Positions 1-14,023 are shown, numbered from the stretch's first letter. The stretch: 64,000 nucleotides of DNA from Octopus bimaculoides (GCF_001194135.2 NC_068982.1:132268330-132332329), one strand, 5' to 3'. The notes: generated from the sequence alone by a model not told the origin. Program-made: numbers and translations.

Positions 1-475
1 CTACAGCAACGCACATTAGGAGCCACAGCGTCAAACAATTAGAGATGAATCATGTCGTCAGAGTTATGTCAATAATGAAGTTTTTTGCTAAAGAAAAGAA
101 AAATGACAAAAACTTTAAATCATGAAAAATGTCTTCGAATAATACTTGAGTGTGGTTATATTCTAAACTGCCGGTTTCTTTCAGTTTTAAAGTAAATAAG
201 ATGGGTTATTTATAGAATAGTGTTAAACTCCTATTTACATCAACCTACTCATCAAAACCGCTCGACCAGCTAAGAGTGATATTCACATCTTCAAATTACA
301 CCCCTATACCTTCAAAAGAAGGAACACATTAGATAATCTCCTCCAAATACATTGTATGTATAAAATATACGATAACAGCGACTGAACCGTCTTGGATCAC
401 GGATCTGTCTGATCTAAACAGACTAGGGTGCTAAGTGACATTTAGATAGATCAGTTACTCATCTGTCTTCCAGAT

Positions 476-641
476 CAGTGGCGTATCTAGCGTGTGAGCC
501 GACCGGGGGCGGCTATCGGAGTTGCCGTCCTTGACTCCATCTGTCCCTCTACAGGTTTATGCTGCAGATTTTAGAATGTTATCTCCATAAGAGTACTACC
601 CGGGGTAGATCGTCCTCATCATTCCCCTAGCTACGCTGCTG
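476..641. mobile_element. hAT-type MITE
   Basis: Imperfect TIRs CAGTGGCGTATCTAG / CTAGCTACGCTGCTG; flanks TTCCAGAT / CTCCAGAT (7/8 match) fit the 8-bp TSD of hAT elements. Confidence 0.65.
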
Positions 642-767
642 CTCCAGATATATACATATTCTTTGGACAGGAGAAAACTTAAAACCATTACTTCTATATG
701 TAGATGTATTAAGAATACACTGCTCGGAGCTTTGTAAAAAGATAGATACGAAAACACAGGGTCACTA

Positions 768-800
768 ATAATAATAGTAATAATAATAATAATAATAATA

Positions 801-835
<35 letters not shown>
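768..835. repeat. (AAT)n followed by (ATT)n microsatellite
   Basis: Seen directly. Confidence 0.9.
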
Positions 836-837
<2 letters not shown>

Positions 838-1382
838 CCTGATGCAGTGCCTGGCAGTGGCTTTCATGGCTTCTGATCTTAACTTATTGGAAGTGTTATC
901 ATGTACATTGTTTTGTCTTGGTATAAAAGATAGACTACAGCAAATATTCTGCTTAATACCACTGATTTGCTTGTCAGTTGTTTGACCTTAACCAGTTGAG
1001 CATGTCCCCTGGTGGCTGACGCTATGTGCATCTCTGATCATGGGCAGAAGTAGTTGGGGAGCATCATAGCCATGTATTGAGAGGAATTCTTTGGGGTTTG
1101 AATAATTCACCTTTGGAAACATGTGTGTCTTGTTCAACATCCTTAAACAACCCTTATTCAGGGACCTTTTGAGCGGGATGGGCTACTCGACCTGAAGAAA
1201 ATTCTAACTGGGCCCCACCTGCGAGGTCATGCATTGATTATCTTGATATTAGATCATTATGTCGTGCACATATGATTGTGATGCATGTGCCTGGTGTACC
1301 CTCATCAGACGGGTAGTCATGATGGGTATACTGGGCTTCGTAAATTTTATCCCAGTGTCACTTTGATGGCATGCACTGCTCT

Positions 1383-1383
<1 letters not shown>
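836..1383. mobile_element. Dispersed repeat flanked by AAT/ATT microsatellite; partial second copy at ~54405-54657
   Basis: Bases ~845-1090 align closely with 54405-54657 (shared TTCTGATCTTAAC...GGAAGTGTTATCATGTACATTGTTTTGTCTTGGTATAAAAGAT). Class not determined. Confidence 0.7.
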
Positions 1384-1413
<30 letters not shown>

Positions 1414-1820
1414 TAATTAAGGTATGATACTCAAGGCCATACTCGCCTACATTTTTAAAAAGAGAAATTTTCTCCTTACCACTGCAACCGAAAACTTGTG
1501 TGTAAGTACGATTATGCACGCGTACGCTTCACTAGAACACATTTACAACAATTTGAGTGGAAATTCTTCGATTACACACGAAGCTGTAGATGCAGTCGTC
1601 ATATCACAAATGATATAATTTCCTTTCATTCGTTGATTTCTATTTCAATCCTGTTTTCAAATCGATGTGTTTCGTGCGAACAGGAAATATGTATTTATGC
1701 AGCCTGCAATAAATTAAATGCATACACGTACAATATACTTAAGTACGTACATTGTGAATTTTATTGTGCGTATGTGTGTGTTTGTGTACATATATAATAC
1801 TTTGCATTATACTTACATAC

Positions 1821-1858
<38 letters not shown>

Positions 1859-3699
1859 NNNNNNNNNNNNNNNNNNNNNNNNNNNNNNNNNNNNNNNNNN
1901 NNNNNNNNNNNNNNNNNNNNNNNNNNNNNNNNNNNNNNNNNNNNNNNNNNNNNNNNNNNNNNNNNNNNNNNNNNNNNNNNNNNNNNNNNNNNNNNNNNNN
2001 NNNNNNNNNNNNNNNNNNNNNNNNNNNNNNNNNNNNNNNNNNNNNNNNNNNNNNNNNNNNNNNNNNNNNNNNNNNNNNNNNNNNNNNNNNNNNNNNNNNN
2101 NNNNNNNNNNNNNNNNNNNNNNNNNNNNNNNNNNNNNNNNNNNNNNNNNNNNNNNNNNNNNNNNNTACGGTTAGTTCCCACTATTTAGTAAACTAATGTA
2201 TCACGCAACATAAAATCGAGCGAATAAAGTTTACTGCGAGTAAAATTTCATGTTATGTCACATGACAGATGAATAAACCCATTTTCTTCACATGCAACTC
2301 GGTGGAGACTATTCACATGAAATTGTGCTTTCGTCTGAATGGTATTTGCTTAAGTAGAATGGAAAGATTATTCTCTAGTTATTCTACTGGTTAAACTCTT
2401 AAATGATTGTGCGTGTGCGTGTGTGTGTGTCTGCCTGTCTGTCTGTCTGTGTGTGTGTGTGTGTGTGTATGTGTGTGCGTGATTTAGTTATCTTTTTATA
2501 CATTTATTTAGATCTGCAAATGGTTAAGTGGACTATGTCTGTGATGTTCGTATCTTGATTCCATCACTGGCACCACATCCACCTCGTAGCGTCGCGTTGG
2601 GTGCACAAAACATGCCGCCCGCACAGGATGATCCTTTTGTATACGAGTGTTTGCTGTAGACGGTGTCTAAAGAAAGAACGGACAATTTTGGCACAGAACG
2701 GGCAAAACCTACTCTACGCCTCTGCATCCCCTTGTTATCCTCTTCATCATTAGCCTAAAAATGTCGTTTTAAGGAGAGCGTTCCTCCTCAACTGTTTTTG
2801 TTGTTTCCTATTGACCTTTATCTCTCGTTTTGGTGGATTTCTTTCTCTGTTTCCTTTTACGATAAGAAAACCTTCCTCCGCAACCATCAGCAATCCCACT
2901 CGTTGCAAGACGATAAAGTTGTGCTGCTTTGGATTTATTTTATATGGGTGGGTGTATTACTGTTACTGTGGATGCACCTTATCCTTTATCTCCCTTTCAC
3001 TGTCAACGCAGGCTATGGATAGAAAGATGGATTCCTCGGTTTCCTAGTCAACTTCTAGAACCGAAAACGATGTAATATTTTCCGCCAGTTCCGAAGCTTT
3101 GACTGATGGTGTTGTCGATACAGTAGCCTCTGGATCCCGCTCTTGTTGCTGTTATTTATTTATTTATTTTTCTTAAATCTTAAGGAAAGAATGTCTTCAA
3201 GTAGCTCTTGTTTCCATAATTAAACAGCTGGGCTTTCTGCTTTCTACTGTCAGCCTCACTGATCATATTTCGGCGCCCTTGTGGCTCTGTGTGGTGATAA
3301 GGACTTGCAAGTCCACACTTACACACGTAACTACATATTGCTCCTTGATACTTTGTATCTCTTATCTCACCGACACTGCTCTACAAAAGTGACGACGACA
3401 TGCCACAGACAACGCTTCTGGCAATTCCCCTCACTGCCACCTTTGTGCTGCAGTGACCCACGTACATCTAAGAACATACACTTAAACACGAGTATGGCTC
3501 TTACTTCTTCAGCTTGTCCTCTCGCTTCGTCCTCAGTCCCAGGCAGACAGTACTGAGCGTTTTACTTCATTCACTAGACAAAATAGTGCCCCATTCATTG
3601 GCTAGTGCATATTTCAGTTCATTTTTAGAGGGCATACAAAAGGACCGCTCCTGTTTTTTTCTCCTTTTCTTGGAGAAAATATTGAGAAAGCAGAGACAG

Positions 3700-5400
3700 T
3701 TTTTCGTAACCTTCTAAAAATTGTCCATAATTTTAGCAAAGACGTCGGGATGAGCATAGGGCTGGACAAATGTGCCAAAGTGATACTTAGAGGAGGCAAA
3801 TTAATCAGCACTGAAGACACTGCACTCGACATAGACATAGAAATCAGAGAATTAGGCCACAATCGCCCATACAAATATCTAGGAATAGACGAACGAGCTA
3901 TAATACAACACATAGAAATGAAAAAGAAAATTAGGAGAGGGTATACAGAAGAATTAGATGCAGCAAAAATCTGCCTGAAACTACCAAATATTGAGCAATA
4001 ATAATAATAATACGTTAGCCAATAATAATAATAATAAATACGTTAGCCATACCAGTCATAAATTACAGCTTCAATATAATAAATTGGAAGATCAGTTAAT
4101 TGAAAAGCTTAGATAGAAGAACCAGAAAACTATTAACAGCATACCGACGTCACCACCAAAAACAGACGCAGGCAGAATATATCTACCCCGCTCAGAAGAA
4201 GACCTGACACAGATAGAGAACTACTATAGGATAACAACAGTTGGACTAGAAAAGTACTTAGAAACAGAAAGTAGAAGACTAGTATCTGTAATAAAGCAAC
4301 AGGTGACAAGATATAAAACAGAAACAAACTGCACTGATACACTGATCTCAGATGACAACATAGCAGGAATGGTCAAGAGACAAAAAACAACATGAAAACA
4401 AAACTACAAAACATGCTAAAGAAGAAATAGAGAGAAAAATCACTTCATAGCCAATACCCTGCAAGATTTGACAGAGAAGAAGTGAGCCTAAGTAAAAGCT
4501 GAAATGGAAGGATTGATTCTCGCTGCACAAGATCAATGCCTGACTACAAGCAATTCTAAAAACAAAATAATGAAAACAGGCCCTAACATCAATTGCAGAA
4601 TGTGCAATCAGCACAATGAGACAGTTGACTACATCGTTTTTGGTTGCCCAGTCCTTACCAAATCTGAATATATATATACAGACATGAACGAGTAAGTAGT
4701 TATATCCACTGGACAATATTCCAACACTACAACATAAAAACTGACAATAGATGGTATAAACATGTGCCAAATAAGGCACATGACAACAACCAAGACACAA
4801 TCATCTGCGATATACCTGTTCAAACTGGCAAAGAAATGAAAGCTAATCGCCCAGGTATGATAACCAAGGATTGGAATAAAAGCACTTGCTTACTGATAGA
4901 CATTGCAGTCCCTTCTGACTAAAATATTGCCCAAAAAGAAGTGGAGAAATTGTCAAAGTACAAAGACCTCGAAATTGAAACATTCAAAATATGAGGCATG
5001 AAGGTGAAACAGTAAGGGAATTCCGGAACAAAAGGAAGGAGAACATGACAAATAGCTGGAAAAACAATGAATTTCATGGCCAATTCATGCAACAAAGCGA
5101 AGTATAGAACGTTGGTTGTGGATGTAAGATGGAAATCTGAAACGAGAAATTAAATTGCTTGTTATAGCTGCTCAGAAACAAGTCGTTAGAACGAACTTAA
5201 TAAAGACAAAGATTGATAAAACTCACGCAAGATCTGTGGAAAAGGAAATGAAAGCATTAACCATCTATTAAGTAAATGCTGTAAACTATCACAAAAAGGG
5301 CATAAATGCAGGGATGATTGTGTCAGCAAAACAGCACAATGGGTTGTTAGCCGAGGATGTGTGATAACAAGAACTATAAACAAAGGAAAGTTCACAAAAT
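3700..5400 (+). pseudogene. Decayed R4/Dong-like (RLE-type) non-LTR retrotransposon, RT C-terminus to endonuclease, plus a second fragment
   Basis: Peptides GMSIGLDKCAK, YKYLGI, EGLILAAQDQ, CRMC...ETVDYIVFGCP (CCHC-type zinc knuckle), KANRP...LLIDIAVP and KLSKYKDLEIE. Many stops and frameshifts. Confidence 0.8.
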
Positions 5401-5559
5401 TCAAGAAAAGTTACTTAAAGTCAATGAATAATCTTAACAGATCGATGATTACAAAGACAAGTGCCCTTTCCTATTATTTCTCGGTCTACCGACAGATACC
5501 CAGGATATCCTCTTTCAGTGGAACTAAACTCACTACTCTTAACTATTATTCAACATAAT

Positions 5560-7070
5560 TAAAGGTAGAAATGGCAGCACTTCTCTCTCCATCCTCATCT
5601 TTTTCCCCAAATGAAATATGAAAAATTCGATGAAGGCTTGGCCGAAGAGTCACATGAACCGCACAACTATTTTCACTTTAACTACCAGACGAGAAAGATG
5701 GTCCATCCCATTTAAAGGATGGTAGTCAGTCGATTGTCGATCTTCAGGATAGACACGAGCTGTAAGCGTCCAGTCTTGGTGTTCGCTTGAGCCAGGACAA
5801 CAGTTCCATCAAAGGAACATGGTGAGGGAAAACGCACATGATGAAAGGCAAAAACATTAGTTCAGTCTAGTAATTTTTGTAGATGCTGCAATTTTGGTGC
5901 ATATCTGCACACCGTCAGTCATCACATACCGAGCATTCTGTAAAGAGAATGATGACAGTTGATGGCCCTCCTGACCAGTGGAGCGCGTCCTTTCCCCAAG
6001 AAACAAAATAATAGACTCTCCAGTCTCTTCAGACAAAAGTTCGAACAAGGCACAACGGTCAGGCGGGAATATAACAAGGATCCGATGTACGTGTCCGATT
6101 CTTCTAATCGACCATTCAGAATAGTTTCCTCTCAGCCTATTTCTGCACAAAACTCTATCCTTGTCATAATTTTATCCCAATTCCTTTCTACCTGCAGGTC
6201 CAGAGCGAGCCAAACACAAACTAGTTCCTTTTTCATGAGCCCTACGATGCTGACAGCATGAACTTGCTTCTATAGGTGCTGAACTACAAGCCTAGAAATT
6301 GACCCTGTTTAATCTTTGCTCCTGTCACCGCCTCGCGTTCTTTTACGATCGTGCTGACTACATTGACCACAATACTGTCCAATACCATTACGATGACGTC
6401 GTCTGCATATGCTAGTGCAGCTCTCCTGCATTGTAGTTCAAATGAAATAACCCATAACACCTTCAGTTCTCACAGCATTAGCCTAAAAGTCGGTAAATAC
6501 AAAAAGGATGGCGAAGGACGTTCAGGATTCGAAATGGTTTCGACGGTTGGGCTCTTTGATCACCGTGTAGATGACGTTGTACATTAAAGCAATCCAGTCT
6601 CCGTGTTTTGAAAGCAGTCTTTAAGTAACGATTCTCAAAGTTATCGGACGCTTTCAATTGATCCAAAAAGAATCAGAGCCCCACCGAAACTAAGATTGGT
6701 ATCCCACCAACACTTTCAACGATGTATAACATGAAGTTATACATCGTTATACATAGGCAATAGATCAGCCCGATCACAAGTGCCAGCTTCTCTCAGCTAG
6801 TACTTTGGCCATAAACTCACCATTTTGCAGAAATCATTTATAATGTTCCCCTTGTTTTCGTCCTTATTCGACAACGCCACCATTTTTCAGCTCACAGAAC
6901 TGGAGATTATCCCTTTCTGCTGTCAACTGCAAAAATAGATGTCTGTCAGGACGTTGGTGAAAGAGTCTGACGTGTTCATAGAGCATACAATGTGATTTAC
7001 CCCTCTTACCTGATACTGCTGACCGTATGTCAGTTACTGTTAGTGGTCTTTCGCCGAGAGCCATGACAGG
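5560..7070 (-). pseudogene. Decayed Tx1/L1-clade reverse transcriptase fragment
   Basis: Minus strand gives ALAYADDVIVMV (YADD motif, ~6390-6420) and LDQLKASD...RYLK (LDQxKAFD-like). Frames are disrupted. Confidence 0.7.
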
Positions 7071-7679
7071 CCATCAAGGTAAGCATTAAACTCTACTACC
7101 GTCTCCGGCCTACTGTGTGCCTCAGAAAGTTAAGCAAAGTACTACAGGAATATCTGCTAGGATTGGAGTGACACATGCTCGTCCCGGTTCGCTTAATCCG
7201 GTTTTTTAAGATTTTTTTTTTTTTTTTTTTTTTTTTGGCTCAGGCAAAATAATTACAAGACAATTGGAAGTATTCACATACAAACACACACTTTAACGGA
7301 TGTGAGACAAAAACGTAAACAATAAACTGTCTGATGCGTTCATGATTATCTCGAGGGGAGAAGTGGTTTAGTTGATACTGGTCCTTTACATTATCGACTC
7401 TGGAGGCATGGAAGGTTGAGTTGACATTGGCAGGATTTGAACTCAGATGAAAGAGATAAAGCAAGTACCGCAGAGCTTTTCTCCCGGCGCTTTAATGATT
7501 CATTGTTGTTAATACTAATAGTAGTCCTGACTTAGAAACAAAACCAGTAATGTTGAGAGCATTAATCCTTTATATCGACCATGGTATATGGGCCTCAGAG
7601 AGATGAAAAGCAAAACTGACTTCAGCAGGGTTTGAACTTAGAATGTAAAGAGCCAGATCAAATATTCTTTTCTACTCGA

Positions 7680-8082
7680 GGCACAAGACCCGAAATTTTG
7701 GGGGAGGAGGCTAGTCGATTAGATCGACCTTAGTACGCAACTGGTACTTAATTTATCGACCCCCAAAAGGACGAAAGGCAAAAGTCGACCTCGGCGGAAT
7801 TTGAACTCAGAACGTAACGCAGACGAAATACCGCTAAGCATTTCGCCTGGCGTGCTAACATTTCTTACTTCTTTATTGCCCACAAGGGGCTAAACAAGGA
7901 CAGATAATGGATGAAGTCGATTACATCGACCCCAGTGTGCAACTGGTACTTAATTTATCGACCCCGAAAGGATGAAAGGCAAAGTCAACCTCGGCGGAAT
8001 TTGAACTCAGAACGTAACGGCAGACGAAATACCGCTAAGCATTTCGCCCGGCGTGCTAACGTTTCTGCCAGCTCGCCGTCTT
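7680..8082 (-). mobile_element. Two adjacent SINE copies (family B); older copies at ~7290-7660
   Basis: Reverse complement of the copy at 13800-14023 (GTTCTGAGTTCAAATTCCGCCGAGGT...). Confidence 0.75.
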
Positions 8083-8789
8083 AGCCAGGACAAATATTAT
8101 AAGAATCTTTCTTTTTTTTTTCACGCTTTAACGATTTCGACAATTCACTGTCCTTTAGGTGAAAGCATAAGTAATAAACCTGAAATTTTTGAGAAAGGGA
8201 GAGGTCTAACTAATAAACATCAATTACTTTATTTCCTACATAATACATGGCTCCAGTTTCTCTCTGCAATGATTAATGTGTGTCAGGATAAACCTTCACT
8301 CTTGCAGAGTAAACCCTCACCATAAGCTAGTCTTTTGACAGGGTCCACTCAATTACATGCAGACCAAATCAGAGGGTAATTCTATATCTTGAATCACTGC
8401 TTTCTACTGCTGCAACCCATGAGATGTAGTTTCTTTCTCCCTTAATTCACTACAAATCTTAGAAACCCTGCAAAGGTCAAAAGTGATGCATCACCATCAT
8501 CTTTTAATGCTGTCGTTTATGCTGGTATAGAAGCCCAAAGATATAAACATCTTTTAAAACAAAAATTTACATAAAGACCATCAGTGCTACAGAACCAGCA
8601 CTATTTGTAATTGGACTAATTATACAGATGTCTAAGACTGCATCACGAGGTTGAGATTGTTTACAATGCAGCTCGCACAAAAGCCATTCAAATACACACA
8701 CACACACAAACGTATGCACGTTGTGCATGTGTACCCACGTCTTTGCAATAACCAGTTAGACAGTAGTGACATTCATATTTATGTGTCGC

Positions 8790-9070
8790 CTGACTGGCTC
8801 CTGTGCCAGTGGTACGTAAAAAATAACCATTCGAGCATGATCGATGCCAGTGCAGCCTGACTGGCTCCCGTGCCAGTAGCACGTAAAAAGCACCCACTAC
8901 ACTCTCGGAGTGGTTGGCATAGGGAAGGGTATCCAGCTGTAGAAACATTGCCAGATCAGATTGGAGCCTGGTGCAGCCTCCTGGCTTGCCAGTCCTTAGT
9001 CAAACCATCCAAACCATGCCAGCATAGAAAGCGGACATTAAACGATGATGATGATGATGATGATGATGAT
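8790..9070 (+). mobile_element. RTE-LINE 3' tail copy ending in (GAT)n
   Basis: Matches the 3' UTR of the copy at 19115-19826. Confidence 0.75.
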
Positions 9071-10991
9071 GTCATATACAAACATATATTGTGAAGGCGT
9101 GTGGCTTAGTGGTTAGGGTGTTCAGCTCATGATTATAAGGTTCTGAGTACGATTCCCAGCAGTGCATTATGTCCCTGAACAAGACACTTTATATCACAGT
9201 TCTCCAGTCCACTCAGCCGGCAAAATTGAACAGAACCTGTATTTTAAAAGGCCAGCCATATCACATTCTCTATCAATTGCACATTAATTCCACCAATTGC
9301 ACATTAATTCCACAAGCAGGTTATTCCACTGATAGAATCAACTAAAACATTTGTTGTCGTAACTGACGGAGTGGCAGTCAGTTAAACACATACTGGACAT
9401 TTCATAAATTTGACACATAAAGGCCAACAAAATAAAGTAGTTTACTTGAAAACAATTAAGTATTGGCATCATGAAAAGCATTCAGCAATAGAATACTACC
9501 TAAAGAAGACTCATCCAACTCATGACATCATGGAAAAGGTAGATGTAAAAACAGCAGTGAAAGGATTACACAGTGAGCAGCTGTTTATTATGTCTTAGGA
9601 AAATACAGCAACACAAAAATGTATTGTACAATCCATATCATTATCATTTAATATCCAGTCCCCATGCTGGCACGAGTTGGATGGCTTGACCAGAGTTGGT
9701 AAGGCCAGAGGCCACACTAAGCCCCGTTGTCTATTCTAGCATAGCTCCTACAGATGGATGCCCTACATAACACCAACCACTTTACAGAGTGTACAGGGTG
9801 CTTTTTATGTGGCTTCAGCACCAGTACTTTTAACATGGCACCAGGATGAGTGATTTTTTTATATGGCACCAGTACTTTTAACATAGCACCAGCATATATT
9901 AAATAAAATCTTACTATTTTTCTTGCACTACAATTTGTGTTTGTCGATTCACACAACAATTGAAAGAGCATTAGACTGAAGATATAAAAGTATCAGGTTC
10001 AATTCTAACTTTCAGTATTTGACAGCTGACTCATGTTTCCATATTCTTATTGGTGAAGATTGGTGCTAATCTCATTGTAAGTGTTGTTGTTAAAGTACAA
10101 AGGACCAGAAGAGACCCACAAGGGATTTTACTTGACCACTTAACAGTTCCATCAATCCACTGTCCTGGATAAGACCCTTTTTGTTGCCTCTGAAAGTATG
10201 AATGGCAAGGTTGGCCTTGGCACAATTTGAACTCAGAAATACTGACAATCAGATCAAATTCCACAAAGCATCCTATCCAATACCCTAACATTTCAGTCAG
10301 TTGGTCACTTTTGGGAGTGAAAAAGAAAGAAAAATACAGATATTTCAATAAACATATTGAAAAAAGAAAAAAAAAACACTGGTTTTAGAATAAAATATTT
10401 GAACATTTAACATAAAAATTAATAAATTGACTTCTGATATAGAGAAATAACATTGTGTGACATCACATTCGTTTGATAAGAATTTTAGTGACAGAAAGTG
10501 AACTGGCTTTAGCCATGTACAAAAACCTAGTTAATACTTGAGCAATTACTCAAATATATTTAGAGTCACAGAGCCAGTTGCATAATGAGAGAAAAGATAT
10601 TTGACCAATGCAGATTAAAACTGATCATTTTCCATTGTTTTTTTTTTCTTTTCATTGAGACCTACTGACATAAAAAGAAGATCTCATGTAAGGGATGAGT
10701 GCTATCATCAAACATTATTGCCAAGAATATAGCACAAGCTGTTCTTGGATTTCTTTTGACTCATCACAGTCAATTGAATCTACCCCCATCATATTACTAG
10801 TACTTACATCATCAACCTGAGAGGGTTGAAAAGCAAAGTTCATCCTTGTGAGATTTGAACCCAGAACCTAGAGACAAAATTATAATGAATTTTTAGTTTG
10901 ACACACTACCATGTCTGATAACACTCCTGCATTAATAATATCAAACATATTTTATACTTTATAAAGAAATTTCTTTTCTATCTTTTTCTCT

Positions 10992-11312
10992 TTAACTATC
11001 ACTGTCAGAATCAGAATAGTTTCCAAGCAAACTAAGAGCTGATGATACTGGTGCGGTTTCATTCTTTTGGACTTTTGAAGTCTTTGTGGAATTGTCATTT
11101 GCTGGCTCATCTGTCTTGTCACATGATTTATTTTTCTCGTTAGTTTCAGTTTTACATTTTGTATCAGTTGAATTCTTTTCGCATGTCTCACTGCTCTCAT
11201 CCGTAACAGTTTCAGAACCCTTTTTCTTCTTAACCAAAGAAGAGAGAGACTTTAAAGAGAGTAAGCCTACACTCTGATTATAAACACGTTTCTTCTGTAC
11301 AACAGCATCATC
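10992..11312 (-). CDS. YJU2: YJU2/CCDC94 exon 7 (terminal)
   Basis: Acceptor TTTCACAG, phase 0; DDAVVQKKRVYNQSVGLLSLKSLSSLVKKKK...ALSLLGNYSDSDSDS*. The acidic SD tail is typical of CCDC94. Confidence 0.85.
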   Translation of the reverse strand, partial: DDAVVQKKRVYNQSVGLLSLKSLSSLVKKKKGSETVTDESSETCEKNSTDTKCKTETNEKNKSCDKTDEPANDNSTKTSKVQKNETAPVSSALSLLGNYSDSDSDS

Positions 11313-11629
11313 CTGTGAAAAGGAGAAAACAAAAAAACAATTAGAAACACAGAAATCAATTATTAAACATTAATTGAAAACAAGTAGAACTATCATCATT
11401 TTAACATCAACATTTCCATGTTTGCATGGATCAGATGGAATTCATAAAGACATATTTTCTATAGCTACATGCCCTTCCTGTCATCAACTTTTGCTTATTG
11501 CCAAGCAAAGTAATATTTCCACATGACCAGACATATTTTCAAAGAAGGCTGAAAACAAGTGACACAGCTCCTGCATGACAGACACTCACTACTGTCACAC
11601 CATGTCAAGACAAGGAGACACAAGCATAT

Positions 11630-11662
<33 letters not shown>

Positions 11663-11818
11663 CAATGGGCTTCTTTCAGTTTCTTCCAACCAGATCCACT
11701 CACAAGAATTTGGTCAGCTCAACGCTTCAGTGGAAGATGCTATACAGGTGGACAAAACCCAAAACCCTAGTGACTGGAAGACAGACTTCTAAACTATATA
11801 TAGCTTCAAAACAGTATT

Positions 11819-12120
11819 GATCATCATCATCATCATCGTTTAACGTCCACCTTCCATGCTAGCATGGGTTGGACAATTTGACTGAGGACTGGCGAACCAA
11901 ATGGCTGCACCAGGCTCCAATCTGATCTGGCAGAGTTTCTACAGCTGGATGCCCTTCCTAACGCCAACCACTCCGAGAGTGTAGTGGGTGCTTTTACGTG
12001 CCACTGGCACGATGGCCAGTCTGGCAGTACTGGCAACGGCTACGCTCAAATGGTGTTTTCATGTGCCACCTGCACAAGAGTCAGTCCAGCGGCGCTGGCA
12101 ACAACCTTGGTCGAATGTTT
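11819..12120 (-). mobile_element. RTE-LINE 3' tail copy (YJU2 intron 6)
   Basis: (CAT)n followed by CGTTTAACGTCCAC...GCTAGCATGGGTTGGAC; inverse of the plus-strand copies. Confidence 0.8.
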
Positions 12121-12992
12121 TGTTCATGCCTCAACCTATAAACTAGTTTGGATATTTTTAAGACTTTCAAAAACATTTTTTATAGATTTCTGTTGTTGCT
12201 TTTATTGCCCACTGTTTTATATCATCAATAATTTCATGGAGATAATAAACTCATTGGTCTCTGGATGATTCAGTGCAAAAATATACTACTATACTTTATT
12301 GTTTGTAACTCTAAAAATACTTGAATATTTCAATTGAAATCACTGCAACAACCTAACAAACCATTTATATAATGCCATACCAACAAGCAACCTCCAACTG
12401 TTTTTTTTTTATGACTTAGAAGTGGAAGGGTAGTGCCAACAACATTTTTCAAGTCCTCTGAAACTGGTGGAAGGAAATTCTCTTTGATCTTGATGCCTGG
12501 TCTTGAAAGCTTAAAACAGGCAACTCCACTAAATGTATCGAAGTGCCAGGTGGCGGTGTCTAACCAAGAAACCGATAAATTCATTATCATTCTCATCCTC
12601 ATCACCATGAATTTAAGTCTACTTTTCCATGTTTACATGGGTCAAATGGCAATTGCTGAGACAGATTTTCTATGGCTAAATGCCCTTCCTGTTACCAACC
12701 ATCATCTGTTTCTCAGCAAGCAAGTTAATATTTCCCCTGGCCTGATATGTTTTCATGGAAGATAGGAAACAAATGGCACCACTTGCACAATGGTGATAAT
12801 CAACTTAATCCGTTTGTCTGTCCTTGTTTGTTCCTTCTGTGTTTAGCCCCTTGTGAGCAATAAAGAAATAAGAAGCATGAAAATATACAATGAGAAATGG
12901 TAAATGAGAAGAACATTTTATAAGCAGCAGCAATTTATGACAAAATGTGCCACAGAGAAATTTATAATGGTTCAGTTTAAGTGTAAACTAAA

Positions 12993-13208
12993 CTACCATA
13001 TTTGATGTCATACAAGATGCACTTTTCTCAAAAAGAAATCATCATTTTCAAAAAAATGTCTCAGAAATATACCCCTTGGTCCTACATGCGAAATCAGTCC
13101 TAAATTACGTGGTTTAATGCAGTAAAACCATTTTTTCTCGGAATATGTGCTGTTGAAGTTGAGATGCATCTAATATACTGATACATCTTTTATACCATCA
13201 AATACAGT
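12993..13208. mobile_element. pogo/Tigger-type MITE; related copies at ~55680-55862 and ~56518-56718
   Basis: Imperfect TIRs TACCATATTTGATGTCATA / TATACCATCAAATACAGTA; shared internal sequence among the three copies. Confidence 0.55.
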
Positions 13209-13799
13209 ACTTAAGAGTTCAGAATTAGTTTATATATCAAGGGAGATCACTTGCACCGCTTCATTACGTAAAATAAGCAAGCAAATTTTTAAAAATGTAA
13301 ATTGTATGTAAAACACTTTTTTGGGAAACACTTTTTTGCAAAAGAAAATACTTTGAAAATTACTATGAGTCTTCCACAGTGCTAACTGGGGAAGTTGTTA
13401 CAATGGTTTTCTAAAGTTTGACTGAAATCAGCCCCTATCTCACTACTTAGCAATTACAAGTATATTCTGTACAATAATACATTTGATTTAACTAATGTGT
13501 TGTTGATATAAATACAATTACTTAGTACATAAAAAAATTGTTTTTTGTTTTTTAATTCTACAGCAGTTACACTACACTACCCTTGTTGCTGTGCTATTTG
13601 TTTACTAGTGGCAGTGGTGCAGTAGCACCATCTATTCAGAAATTGCAAAAGGTTGGCTTCCCATCTCAACAAATAGGAATTTTTTGTTTATTGACGCTTG
13701 AGTGTCTATAACTTTGTACGTTCACCACCAGGAAAGCCATTTTCAGTCTAGCAAATTATCTCCCTCATCTAAAGGGACTCTAGTAGAAGACTGGGACTA

Positions 13800-14023
13800 A
13801 AGGTGGCGAGCTGGCAGAAACGTTAGGGCGCAGGGCGAAATGCTTAGCGGTATTTCGTCTGCCGTTACGTTCTGAGTTCAAATTCCGCCAAGGTCAACAT
13901 TGCCTTTCCTCCTTTCGGGGTCGATAAATTAAGTACCAGTTACGCACTGGGGTCGATCTAATCCCTTTGTCTGTCCTTGTTTGTCCCCTCTATGTTTAGC
14001 CCCTTGTGGCCAATAAAGAAATA
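13800..14023 (+). mobile_element. tRNA-derived SINE (family B) with 15-bp TSD
   Basis: AGAAGACTGGGACTA at 13785-13799 and 14024-14038; B-box-like GAGTTCAAATTCC; A-rich end. Confidence 0.85.

Noticed and set aside
1290-1385. Hammerhead- or HDV-like ribozyme (minus-strand CTGATGAG and GAAG)
   Set aside because: No stem II closed by GAAA could be built, and the HDV P2 and P1.1 pairings fail. An Infernal search with the Rfam hammerhead and HDV models would settle it.
1718-2196. Long YIYI/X-rich ORFs here and at 31660-32166, 55804-56663 and 59096-60244
   Set aside because: They are microsatellites and N-gaps read through as X.
12330-12608. 92-aa minus-strand ORF as an extra YJU2 exon
   Set aside because: Exons 6 and 7 already join in phase to give a normal-length protein; no good splice sites or homology.
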